The notes: generated from the sequence alone by a model not told the origin. 27,898 nucleotides of DNA from Pseudomonadota bacterium (GCA_043767805.1 JAYUGC010000119.1:1-27898); one strand, 5' to 3'; counted from the stretch's first letter, positions 8,919 to 17,509 are shown. Translations and numbers: made by a program.

Positions 8919-11900
8919 TTACTCAGGCTTTACGGAGGCCTCGGGAATGTTGTTCTCGGTAGCAATGTCCCGCGCGGGGCCTTCGCCCTTACCCTTTAGG
9001 TCCACAGCGACGCTTTTTGCCGAGCGGCCGTCCTGGAAGCGGATTTCCACCTGGCCATCGGCGTCGGCTGGCGCGACCGGCAGGAACTCGAGCGACAAAG
9101 TGCACTCTTTTCCCGGGGCGAGCGTCGTCACGCAGTCGCCTTCGGTACCGGGGAATGCTCCGCCCTGCCACCTGAAGGGAGCGGCTGGCAGAGTTCCTTG
9201 GAGCGCCGTGGCGTCTACCGTTCCCCGGTTCTCGATTTTCACTTTCCGGCTTGTCGCTTTGCCGATCGGGTAACGGCCGAAATCGAGCTGTGGGCGGTTT
9301 AAATGCAGATCGGCGACGAGCTGGCCTTCGCCCGCCGTTTTCAGTTCCGATTCGTGGTTGGCCAAGCCATCAAAGAGTTTCACCCGCACTCGCGCCTCGT
9401 AGGATTTGGCGGCTTCCGGGACGAACTTCACGGTCGCCTGGCAGCTCGCTCCGGGAGCGAGCCGGGCCGGGCAAGTGTGACTGAGCGTAAAGCCTCCGCC
9501 CTCGTAAGCGGGAGTCAGATCGAGTTGTCCTTCGACCCCGCCTCGGTTGGTGATCTTGAGACTTCCTTCGCGCTTATCGCCGACGAAAACGGGTCCGAAG
9601 GCCGCGAACGTTTCCGGAGACAGAGAGAGCAGTGCCGGGGCCCGCGAGTCGCCTTTCAAGCCAAGCTCCAGGGCGATTTCCGGTGCGACCCGATCGGAAT
9701 AGAGAACGACCGCTTTTTCCGCGTACCCGCGATTTTCGGTGGGAGAGAATTCCAATTCGACGCGACAGCTAGCGCCGGGCGCGAGCGATTTGCCGCAATT
9801 TCCGGAATCTCCGGGAAATTTCCCGCCGCGGTACGTGAAGGCGCCCGCCAAAGTGATTTTCTCGAGGTTTAGATCGACCGTTTCGCCGCCGGTGTTCTTC
9901 ATCTCGAAAATCTGCGCGGCTTTCGAGCCCGTCACTCGGATTCCGAAGTCGAAGTTAGGCGCGGAAAACTGCAGTTTGCCCGGGGCCACCGCGCGGCCCG
10001 TGCCAAGGGCCGCCGCCTTCATGATTTTCACGCCGTTGTCGTACTCGACTTCGAGCGTGTCTTTGAGATCTCCCGCCGCTTGAGGCGCAAAAGTGACGAC
10101 GAGCTTACAAGACTTTGCGGCCTCCAGCTGATCCGCGCAGGTACCGCCCTCGCCCGGATAGCGGCCGCCTTTCCAAACGAAACCGGTCTTCTCACTGGAG
10201 AGCTGGGCCCTTAGCTTCAGGGCTGGAGACTCGCCGCTATTACTGATTTCAAAGGTGCGCTCGTCCTTCTGACCGACGAGCCAGCGACCAAAGTCCATTT
10301 TCGCCTCCCGGAAAGCGAGCGCCGCGGGAGGTTGTCCCACGCCTTTCAGGGGCACGGCCAGACTGACCATGGGCTTTTGCCCGTCGGCGAAGGTCACTTT
10401 CAAATCGTTGGCTTGCGCGCCCTTTTCCACGGGGGCAAAGCGCGTTTTCACAGTGCACTCGCGGCCAGGCTCGACCCGTTCCTTGCAACTGGACTCGATC
10501 GCGGCGAACGCGCCGTTAGGGACGATGGGAACTCCGAGTTGAAGGGAAACAGCCGGCAACTCGCCGGTATTTTTGATCGTCAAAACGCGATCGACCTTCG
10601 CCCCGAAGAGCGCCGTTCCGAAATCGATTGCGCCTTTGTCGGTCACTTCGAGGTTCGCAGGCGCGAGCGCGCGGCCTTTCAGAGGAAGCACCAAACTTTG
10701 CGTCGTGGCGCCGTCGGAATATCCCATTTTGAGATCGGCCGTGACCACGCCCGCCGTGGTCGGCGAGTACGCGACTTGCACCAAACAGCGACGCCCTCCA
10801 TGCACGGCCTGGCCGCAAAGATCTTTTTCCCCTGCCTTTTCGCTCGCCCACTTGAAGGCGAACGGGGCTGTCAAAGGCTGAATCTCGAGTTTTTCCGTGG
10901 GCACGTCTCCGTCGTTGCGGATGGTGATGAACTCGGCCTTGCTCGAACCGACGACCTGATCGCCGAAATCGACTTTCTTCACGGGCTCGAACACGAGCCG
11001 CGCGGGCGCGAGCACTTTCGCGTGCAAGGGATATTTATACGTCTGTTCCGCAAGCCCGTTTTGATAGGACAACGTGAGACCAGCCTCGAAGGAGCCCGGC
11101 TTTGCGCTCGTAAAACGTACGGTGAGCTCACATTCTCCCTTGGCGGGAATCGAGCTCCCGCAAGCGGCGCCGTCTTTCCCGGCGGTCTTCAGCTCGAAGC
11201 CTTTCCCGAAACCCGTCGGGGTGATTCTGAAATTCGTCGCTTCTCCCTGGCCTTCGTTCACGACGTGATAGCGCTCCTCCAAGACGTGGTCGACGAGCCT
11301 TTCCGGAAACTCTCCCGGTGACTTTTCCCGGATGGAGAGGCGCGCCGGCGTGATCCCTTCGGCCGCGAGCGTTTGCCAGGCTTCGCGCGAGCCAAAGCGA
11401 AGGCCGAACTTTTGTTCGCTCGCGCCGCCAAAAAGAGGCGCGCTTTGAAGGGCCAATCGGCACGTCAGGCGAGGCGCGAGCGTCTTGCCGCAATCTCCGC
11501 CTTCGCCCGGGAACTTCCCACCGCGAAAAGAGAACGGAGAGCTCAAAGGCGCGGCTACTTCTAAATTTTCCGCGGGGAGATCGCCCACGTTGGCGACGGC
11601 CACGAGAAAGGCGGACGTCGTTCCCAAAATCTGTGTGCCCAGGTTTCCCGCTCCTGGCGCCTGCATCACGAGACTCGCGGGACGAAGGCCCGCGCCGGCA
11701 AGCGATCGCTCGGAAGCTCCGCCTTGATAGGTGACGGTGCATTTGCCCGCCTGGGCCCCCGGCGTGGTCGGCTGAAATTGGAGCTTCACGGCGCACGTCT
11801 TGCCTGGAGAAAGGCGCGGGTCGCAGCTAGTTCCTTGAAAGGCGGCGCCCGTCACGCGAACGGAAAGCGAGGTCGCTTCCATTTCGCCGGTGTTACGCAA

Positions 11901-12398
11901 AACCACTTCTTTCTCGGCCATCGATCCGAGCAGCAAGTTTCCGAAATTGGTGTCACCTTCGAGCTCGATCCTTGCTGGCCGCAGAGCGGTTCCCGAAACG
12001 CGCAAAAGCACCGTCGTTTCCTCGTACTCTCCTTTGAGCTGAACCCGGAGAGTCGCGGCGTGCGCGCCCGCTTCTTTCGGCTCGAATTTGAGGGCGAGCT
12101 CGCAGCTGCGGTTTGCTTCCCAGGTGCCCAGACACGCTTTGCTTTCCACCGTAAACGGAGGATCGATGGTGAGACTCTCCACCTGAATGGGCTTCTGGCC
12201 CCCGTGCCTGAGCTGCCAGCGTCCTTCGGCCGAAGTTCCGACGGCTATGATGCCGAGACTGGTCTCGAGCGCCTTGTCGGGCCTGAGCGGCGTGAGCGCG
12301 AGCGGCTCCTCATACCGAAGCGAGGGCGCGGCCGGCTGAGCCTTCGCGGTGAAGGCCCAGGTAGGGGACAGGGACAGGACGAGGTATAGATAGCGCAT
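8919..12398 (-). CDS. Secreted protein of 10 tandem Ig-like (ASH / choice-of-anchor D type) domains
   Basis: Start ATG 12398 (GGGAGA SD; signal peptide MRYLYLVLSLSPTWAFTAKA). About 110-aa repeats with PAxL..FG....N.G....C..L.PG..C...F.P....L.G.G. Confidence 0.85.
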   Translation of the reverse strand: MRYLYLVLSLSPTWAFTAKAQPAAPSLRYEEPLALTPLRPDKALETSLGIIAVGTSAEGRWQLRHGGQKPIQVESLTIDPPFTVESKACLGTWEANRSCELALKFEPKEAGAHAATLRVQLKGEYEETTVLLRVSGTALRPARIELEGDTNFGNLLLGSMAEKEVVLRNTGEMEATSLSVRVTGAAFQGTSCDPRLSPGKTCAVKLQFQPTTPGAQAGKCTVTYQGGASERSLAGAGLRPASLVMQAPGAGNLGTQILGTTSAFLVAVANVGDLPAENLEVAAPLSSPFSFRGGKFPGEGGDCGKTLAPRLTCRLALQSAPLFGGASEQKFGLRFGSREAWQTLAAEGITPARLSIREKSPGEFPERLVDHVLEERYHVVNEGQGEATNFRITPTGFGKGFELKTAGKDGAACGSSIPAKGECELTVRFTSAKPGSFEAGLTLSYQNGLAEQTYKYPLHAKVLAPARLVFEPVKKVDFGDQVVGSSKAEFITIRNDGDVPTEKLEIQPLTAPFAFKWASEKAGEKDLCGQAVHGGRRCLVQVAYSPTTAGVVTADLKMGYSDGATTQSLVLPLKGRALAPANLEVTDKGAIDFGTALFGAKVDRVLTIKNTGELPAVSLQLGVPIVPNGAFAAIESSCKERVEPGRECTVKTRFAPVEKGAQANDLKVTFADGQKPMVSLAVPLKGVGQPPAALAFREAKMDFGRWLVGQKDERTFEISNSGESPALKLRAQLSSEKTGFVWKGGRYPGEGGTCADQLEAAKSCKLVVTFAPQAAGDLKDTLEVEYDNGVKIMKAAALGTGRAVAPGKLQFSAPNFDFGIRVTGSKAAQIFEMKNTGGETVDLNLEKITLAGAFTYRGGKFPGDSGNCGKSLAPGASCRVELEFSPTENRGYAEKAVVLYSDRVAPEIALELGLKGDSRAPALLSLSPETFAAFGPVFVGDKREGSLKITNRGGVEGQLDLTPAYEGGGFTLSHTCPARLAPGASCQATVKFVPEAAKSYEARVRVKLFDGLANHESELKTAGEGQLVADLHLNRPQLDFGRYPIGKATSRKVKIENRGTVDATALQGTLPAAPFRWQGGAFPGTEGDCVTTLAPGKECTLSLEFLPVAPADADGQVEIRFQDGRSAKSVAVDLKGKGEGPARDIATENNIPEASVKPE

Positions 12399-12513
12399 AA
12401 GTCTCCCAATCCTATATCGGTGGATCAGGACCATGTCCTGAATGCACTGTTCCAAAAAACTCCTATAGCCCCCGCCGACGGATGCCGAAAAGCAGCTATC
12501 AGGAGGAAGTTTC

Positions 12514-12792
12514 ATGTCGGAAGAAAAGAAAGCCACTGCCCCCGCCAAAGATACCGCGGCCCCGAAAAAGAAGGAAAAGGCCACGGAGCAAAATAGCCGT
12601 GAAGTGATCAAAAAGGCGAAGTGGACGCTACAACGCTGCCGCAAGATCGCCCGTCGTTTCACCTCGGTGAAACAGTGGGAGTTCGGCGGGCCCTCCAGCT
12701 TCAAATCCGCCCAAGCGCATGGCTGGGTCGCGGAAATTGAAAACCAAGTCTGGAAGAACCCTCAGCCCGTAAAGCACAAGAAAGCGGCGTAA
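12514..12792 (+). CDS. Small basic hypothetical protein
   Basis: AGGAGG SD, Lys-rich tails around a compact core KWTLQRCRKIARRFTSVKQWEFGGPSSFKSAQAHGW. Confidence 0.75.
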   Translation: MSEEKKATAPAKDTAAPKKKEKATEQNSREVIKKAKWTLQRCRKIARRFTSVKQWEFGGPSSFKSAQAHGWVAEIENQVWKNPQPVKHKKAA

Positions 12793-12811
12793 CCGTTTTT
12801 CATTCGGCTTC

Positions 12812-12854
12812 TCGCCTTAAGGCTTGGGCTTCACAGAGCTCGGCCTTGAGGCGA
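12812..12854. terminator. Long hairpin between convergent genes, possible terminator
   Basis: TCGCCTTAAGGC...GCCTTGAGGCGA outer stem with inner TGGGCT/AGCTCG pairing (G-U wobbles); weak U tract. Confidence 0.45.
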
Positions 12855-12895
12855 AGCTATGTCCGCCCTCTTCTACCGACCGATGTGACCAGTGG

Positions 12896-14056
12896 CTACC
12901 AGCGCTTGCGGCCGCGAGGAGCCGGACGACGTCCATACCCTTGAGGCACGGGACGACCGCCGCCCCCGCCCTTTTTCTTGATTCCCGTCACCACTTCTTC
13001 GCCGTCGGCGTCGTGGTTTTCGAGGAACGTCAGAGCGGAGCCCGTCTTGCCGTTACGGCCGGTGCGGCCGATGCGGTGGACGTAATCCTCACGCGATCCG
13101 GGAACGTCGTAGTTGATGACATGTTCGATATCGAGAACGTCGATACCGCGTCCCGCGAGATCGGTCGCGACCAAAATGCGACTCGCGCCCGAGCGGAATC
13201 TTTCCAAAGCCATCTTACGCTGGCCCTGACTGCGGCCACCGTGCAAGGTGACGACCGACATGCCTTCGCGAGAGAGCAATTTCGCCAGACGATCCGTGCG
13301 TGCTTGAGTGCGAGCGAATACCAAGATTTTGCCTTGGCGAATTTTGAGCTCCTTCAAGAGCGTGGTGTTCTTCGCGTCGCCTTGCATGCGCATCGTGGTC
13401 TCTTCGACCTGTCCGATGACCTGAGCTACCGGGCCAATCGCGACACGTTCGGGATCTTTCAAAAAGGTTCCCGCGAGGCCCATGATTTCCGCCGGCAATG
13501 TCGCCGAGAAAAGCAAAGTCTGACGCTCTTTCGGAACCTGAGTCATGATCTGGCGGATCTGCGGAATGAATCCCATGTCGAGCATGCGATCGACTTCGTC
13601 CAAGACGAGAAGACCGACGCTCGAGAGATTCACCGTCCGCTGCTGCATGTGATCGATGAGGCGTCCCGGAGTCGCAATGATGTAATCGGTTCCTTGAGAC
13701 AGCTCGTTCGCCTGGCGGTTGAAGGACTCTCCTCCGACCAAAAGCGTGCCGTAAAAGCCCATGCCCTTACTCATCTGCTGGAGCACGGAATGAATTTGCG
13801 CCGCGAGCTCGCGAGTGGGAGCGAGAACGAGCGCGCGGTGATTGGGGCTGCGCTCGAGAAAAGTGAGAAGCGGAATGCCGAAGGCACCCGTTTTACCCGT
13901 GCCCGTTTGGGCCGTACCAAGAACGTCCCGGCCGGAGAGCGCCAAGGGAATGGTCTCTTTTTGAACGGGAGTCGGGTTGAGAAATCCCATCTGAACCAGG
14001 GCAGAGCCCAAGGTAATAGGGAGATCCAATTGATTGAACGTTTCGAATGATTTCAA
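12896..14056 (-). CDS. DEAD-box RNA helicase (RhlE/CshA-like)
   Basis: Q motif (PTPVQ), AQTGTGKT, PTRELA, TPGRL, DEVD, SAT, HRIGRTGR, basic Gly/Arg tail. Start probably TTG 14056; ORF open to 14119. Confidence 0.92.
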   Translation of the reverse strand: MKSFETFNQLDLPITLGSALVQMGFLNPTPVQKETIPLALSGRDVLGTAQTGTGKTGAFGIPLLTFLERSPNHRALVLAPTRELAAQIHSVLQQMSKGMGFYGTLLVGGESFNRQANELSQGTDYIIATPGRLIDHMQQRTVNLSSVGLLVLDEVDRMLDMGFIPQIRQIMTQVPKERQTLLFSATLPAEIMGLAGTFLKDPERVAIGPVAQVIGQVEETTMRMQGDAKNTTLLKELKIRQGKILVFARTQARTDRLAKLLSREGMSVVTLHGGRSQGQRKMALERFRSGASRILVATDLAGRGIDVLDIEHVINYDVPGSREDYVHRIGRTGRNGKTGSALTFLENHDADGEEVVTGIKKKGGGGGRPVPQGYGRRPAPRGRKRW

Positions 14057-14266
14057 AGGGAACTTTCTAGGGGAAGCCAAAGCTTCTCCAAGCCGGGAAT
14101 ATCCGGCTAATTGACCCACGCGTTTGCGTGCTGAAATGGGCAGGTCGGACTTAGGTATTTTTAGGCAGGGATTCTAGAGGCAAGGGGCACGCAGGAAAGG
14201 GAATCCACTTTTTCCGCCCCTTAAAGGACTTATCGGAACTTACAGGCTGGAACCTTGAGGAGTAAG

Positions 14267-14292
14267 TCCGGGGGCCCTTTCGGACCCCCGGA
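14267..14292 (-). terminator. GC-rich hairpin with GAAA tetraloop downstream of the RRM gene
   Basis: Minus strand TCCGGGGGTCC-GAAA-GGGCCCCCGGA followed by only CTTACT (poor U tract). Confidence 0.55.
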
Positions 14293-14330
14293 ACAAATCA
14301 GCTGATGAAGCTTGCAACTAAGCGTGGAGC

Positions 14331-14732
14331 TTAGTAGCCGCCGCGTCCGCCACGGCCACCGCCGCCGCCGCCGCCACGACCACCACCACCGAAGCCGCCG
14401 CCGCCGCCACCGCCGCCGCGACCACCACGTCCGCCGCCGCCGCCGCCGAAGCCGCCGCCGCCGCCGCCTCCGCCAGAGCGAGGCTCTTGCGGACGGGCTT
14501 CGTTAACCGTCAAAGGACGGCCTTCGAGCTCTTTGCCGTTGAATTCGGCAATGGCCTTTTCGGCCTCTTCATCCGTCGACATTTCGACGAAACCAAAACC
14601 TTTGGAACGACCCGTGTCACGGTCCGTGATTAAACGGACGGAATCAACGGTACCGATCTGAGCGAACAGATCGGACAAAGAACCTTCCGTCGCGGAGAAC
14701 GGAAGATTACCAACATACAACTTTTTTCCCAT
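14331..14732 (-). CDS. RRM (RNP-1) RNA-binding protein with Gly/RGG-rich tail
   Basis: RNP2 LYVGNL, RNP1 KGFGFVEM, AGGAGG SD before ATG 14732, long GGC-coded Gly tail. Confidence 0.95.
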   Translation of the reverse strand: MGKKLYVGNLPFSATEGSLSDLFAQIGTVDSVRLITDRDTGRSKGFGFVEMSTDEEAEKAIAEFNGKELEGRPLTVNEARPQEPRSGGGGGGGGFGGGGGGRGGRGGGGGGGGFGGGGRGGGGGGGRGGRGGY

Positions 14733-14904
14733 TTTTTTTGCCTCCTGGCTGGGGTGCTCGACGAGGGACACAGTGAGCACCCTGCTCAGAGGCCTTCGAC
14801 TCGACTTAAGCACAAACCCTACCAGAGTGACTTTGTAATGTCTCGATCTGAATTGAGAATTTCTCTCGGCGCGTCTGGAAACGAGATAATACCCAAGGCA
14901 ACCC

Positions 14905-14932
14905 TTGGGAACTTAGAGGGTTTCGATATAAT
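14905..14932 (+). promoter_or_regulatory. Candidate sigma70 promoter of the methyltransferase
   Basis: TTGGGA-16 nt-TATAAT (14927-14932), 50 bp upstream of ATG 14982. Confidence 0.5.
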
Positions 14933-14981
14933 GAGAGGACGCCAATAACGCCGGCCTTCATGCCCGAGGTTTTCACCTGAA

Positions 14982-15764
14982 ATGACCGTAGATTACCGCG
15001 ATGTGTATGCCCGAGAATGGCAAGTTTACCTCACTTCGGAGGTCCATCCGGGCGAGTCCGTTTTGCTCGAAGTCTATAAGGATCGGTGGCCCAAAGCCCG
15101 GATGCTGGACCTTGGGGTCGGCGCCGGCCGGACTACCTGGATTTTCGCTCCCCTCGTCCAATACTACGTGGGCATCGATTCGGTCCCGAAAATGGTGGAG
15201 CAGTGCCGCGGTCTTTTTCTGGAGACCCCGCACCGCCGGTTCGTCCTGGCCGATGCGGTGGACCTAAGCCAGTTCGAAAGCGAGTCCTTCGACATCGTCC
15301 TTTTCAGCTACAACGGCATCGACCACCTGGATCTGGTGGACCGGACTACGTCGCTGAAAGAAATCCACCGGGTTTTGAAGCCCGGGGGCGTTTACTTTTT
15401 TTCTTCCCACGCGTTCACGGTCTTGCCCCATCGCACGCCGGCCATCCCCTCGGTGAGCCACAACCCGCTCCGCTGGATCTCGACTTGGGTGAGTAACCGC
15501 CGCGAAAAGAACTTCTTCTCGCGCGTCAATCATCTGGCCGCGGAAACCGACGCCCAAGCTCGCGGCTGGGCCGTCTTGCCGGACAAAGCCCACGGCGGTG
15601 AGATGGAGTTTTTCTACATCCGTCCCAACGCCCAAATCCCGCACCTGGAGCGGTTGAACTTCGTCGTCGACAAGGTGATCAACACCAAAGGCGAAACGGT
15701 GAAGGACCTAGACAACCCGGGCAACGACTGGTGGTTCCACTATCTCTGTCACAAAAAGGCCTGA
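14982..15764 (+). CDS. Class I SAM-dependent methyltransferase
   Basis: Motif I MLDLGVGAGRT, YVGID, ADAVDL, SFDIVLFSYNGID, RVLKPGG. Confidence 0.9.
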   Translation: MTVDYRDVYAREWQVYLTSEVHPGESVLLEVYKDRWPKARMLDLGVGAGRTTWIFAPLVQYYVGIDSVPKMVEQCRGLFLETPHRRFVLADAVDLSQFESESFDIVLFSYNGIDHLDLVDRTTSLKEIHRVLKPGGVYFFSSHAFTVLPHRTPAIPSVSHNPLRWISTWVSNRREKNFFSRVNHLAAETDAQARGWAVLPDKAHGGEMEFFYIRPNAQIPHLERLNFVVDKVINTKGETVKDLDNPGNDWWFHYLCHKKA

Positions 15765-16222
15765 GCGGGCTTTGATTTGCCTTCGCAGTCGACTTCCACT
15801 TCAGGCCGTCCCGTATCGGCGCTCCCGCTGCGCAAACGGCGCCGCCCCTCCTGGGCGAGCTTCAAATAACGAGAGCGAAGCGTTGCAATTTCTTCTTCGG
15901 TAAGCTCTTCCACGTCGATGACGGCCGTGTGAGCCCCTTCCGTCGCGCGAATTAATTCGTCGAGCTTGAGCTGGAGAGCCTGCGTGTCCCGATTCTGACT
16001 ATTTTGAATCAGAAAGACCATCAAGAAGGTCACGATGGTGGTGCCGGTGTTGATGACGAGCTGCCAGGTGTCGCTGAACCCGAAAACCGGGCCCGTCGCC
16101 GCCCAAATGACGACGATGGCGAGAGCCAACAAGAACCCGGACGGGTGTCCCGCAGCAGCCGAAGTCGCGCGGGCGAACTTCGTGAAAAATCCGACGTTCT
16201 TACCGATTTTTTGCGGCTTCAT
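15749..16222 (-). CDS. Low-affinity iron permease (Fet4-like) family protein
   Basis: Signature GPVFGFSDTWQLVINTGTTIVTFLMVFLIQNSQNRDTQALQLKLDELIRA. Confidence 0.9.
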   Translation of the reverse strand: MKPQKIGKNVGFFTKFARATSAAAGHPSGFLLALAIVVIWAATGPVFGFSDTWQLVINTGTTIVTFLMVFLIQNSQNRDTQALQLKLDELIRATEGAHTAVIDVEELTEEEIATLRSRYLKLAQEGRRRLRSGSADTGRPEVEVDCEGKSKPAQAFL

Positions 16223-16464
16223 GATTTTTTCAGAGCTCGGTAAATGCCAAGCAGGATCATCGCCCCGAGGACAGACGCGATAAAGCCTCCCGCCTCACCA
16301 GGCAGGTACCAACCGAGACTTCTGCCGAGAAAAGTGGCCACCAGAGAACCGGCGATGCCCAGAAGCGCGGTGATGAAGAATCCGCCCGGATCGCGGCCCG
16401 GCATGAGGAACTTGGCGACCACTCCGACGATTAAACCGATGATGAGAGCTACGAGAATTTCCAT
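16219..16464 (-). CDS. GlsB/YeaQ/YmgE family (transglycosylase-associated) stress membrane protein
   Basis: IIGLIVGVVAKFLMPGRDPGG...LGIAGSLVATFLG...GFIASVLGAMILL; ATGA overlap with the next gene. Confidence 0.9.
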   Translation of the reverse strand: MEILVALIIGLIVGVVAKFLMPGRDPGGFFITALLGIAGSLVATFLGRSLGWYLPGEAGGFIASVLGAMILLGIYRALKKS

Positions 16465-16509
16465 GAACGTTCACCCCTTGAAAAATAAATCGAACCTGAG
16501 TCTGCTTGT

Positions 16510-16525
16510 TGCAATCCATATACCA
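16510..16525 (-). promoter_or_regulatory. Candidate sigma54 promoter (TGGTATA-TGGA-TTGCA)
   Basis: TGG-N10-GC, 45 bp upstream of ATG 16464. Confidence 0.65.
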
Positions 16526-16619
16526 CTAAAAACCCAGTCCATCGGCGGTTCCGGGCGCGAGCTTCTTCAGTGTGTGACGTTTCGCCACACTTAGGGACGA
16601 GCCAAGCGCCTTCCCAATT

Positions 16620-16635
16620 AGGTACGTCTCTTGCA
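16620..16635 (+). promoter_or_regulatory. Candidate sigma54 promoter (AGGTACG-TCTC-TTGCA)
   Basis: GG-N10-GC, 42 bp upstream of ATG 16678. Confidence 0.65.
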
Positions 16636-16677
16636 AAAGTGGCGGGCGAAAAGCCCATTGGAGAAACGGAGCTGGCC

Positions 16678-17112
16678 ATGGACATCGTTTTGCTACTGGA
16701 AGAAGACCACCGGCAAATCCGAAAGCTACTCGCGCGCCTTCGCAACCAGAGCACCGATCGGGCGGCGATCTACCGAGCCTTGCGCGCCGAGCTCGAGTCC
16801 CACGATGCCGCCGAGGAGGAACGAATCTACCCTCGTATCGCCCGGCTCCTCGATATGAAAGAGGAAGCGGAAACGTTTCTCGAGGAGCACCAAGCGTCTC
16901 GCGATCTCATGGATCGATTAGAGACACTGAATCCTAACGGTGACGCCTGGCGAGCTCTCGCGGCGGATTTGAGCGAAATCGTCGAGACGCACCTCGAAGA
17001 GGAAGAAGAGCTTCTCTTTCCTCAGATTAGAAAATTGCTTTCCGACGAGCTAAGAGATCGCCTGGGCCGAGAGCTACTCAGGGCAAAGGGCAGTCTAGAG
17101 CTCGCTAGCTGA
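16678..17112 (+). CDS. Hemerythrin (HHE cation-binding) domain protein
   Basis: LLEEDH, ESHDAAEEERIYP, LEEH, ETHLEEEEELLFP motifs; GGAG SD before ATG 16678. Confidence 0.9.
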   Translation: MDIVLLLEEDHRQIRKLLARLRNQSTDRAAIYRALRAELESHDAAEEERIYPRIARLLDMKEEAETFLEEHQASRDLMDRLETLNPNGDAWRALAADLSEIVETHLEEEEELLFPQIRKLLSDELRDRLGRELLRAKGSLELAS

Positions 17113-17116
17113 GTGT

Positions 17117-17132
17117 CGGCGCTTTTTTTGCA
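17117..17132 (+). promoter_or_regulatory. Candidate sigma54 promoter (CGGCGCT-TTTT-TTGCA)
   Basis: GG-N10-GC in the 45-bp gap, 25 bp upstream of ATG 17158. Confidence 0.5.
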
Positions 17133-17157
17133 GGTTGATTCAGGTAAAGGGGGGTTC

Positions 17158-17439
17158 ATGCGCTCACTTCTTTTGACTTTCTTGGCCTTTGTCTTGGTGG
17201 CTTGCGCGGCTCGGGAAGCGCCCGCCGTGCCCACCGAACCGCCGACTCCGCTCGGACTCGGCAGCCCTCCTCACCCCAACGATCCCGCCCTGACCCCTCC
17301 CGCTCCTGGAGCTTTCGGGCTGACGGCTCCCTTCAAACCGCGCGACCCGCAACAGGGCTCCGAGGTCGGCGGCGAGACCACTCGCCGATCGGAAGTTCCC
17401 GTAACCCCGGGAACCAGCTCATCCTCGGGCGGAGAATAG
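17158..17439 (+). CDS. Small Pro-rich putative lipoprotein
   Basis: MRSLLLTFLAFVLVAC lipobox, AAAGGGGGG SD, low-complexity Pro/Gly/Ser body. Confidence 0.7.
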   Translation: MRSLLLTFLAFVLVACAAREAPAVPTEPPTPLGLGSPPHPNDPALTPPAPGAFGLTAPFKPRDPQQGSEVGGETTRRSEVPVTPGTSSSSGGE

Positions 17440-17471
17440 TTAGGGGGAACTAGGTCGACGAGAGAAGGTTC

Positions 17472-17509
17472 AAAAAAAGAGGCCACGGACGCCCGGCGCC
17501 CGTGGCCTC
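17472..17509 (-). terminator. Rho-independent terminator
   Basis: Minus strand GAGGCCACGGGCG-loop-CGTCCGTGGCCTC followed by T7. Confidence 0.85.

Noticed and set aside
12439..12454. TGGAACA-GTGC-ATTCA upstream of the Ig-repeat gene as a sigma54 promoter
   Set aside because: Well placed, but lacks the -12 GC; too weak to call.
12399..12704. 102-aa N-terminal extension of the Ig-repeat ORF
   Set aside because: Overlaps the divergent 12514-12792 gene; SD and signal peptide point to ATG 12398.
12824..14050. 408-aa plus-strand ORF antisense to the DEAD-box helicase
   Set aside because: In-register shadow ORF of a conserved gene in GC-rich DNA; no recognisable motifs.
14336..14475. (GCC)n-like repeat tract
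   Set aside because: Simply the Gly codons of the RRM tail, not a CRISPR array or independent repeat.
15749..15764. 16-bp 3' overlap of convergent methyltransferase and permease genes
   Set aside because: Short convergent overlaps are common; no sign of a functional antisense system.
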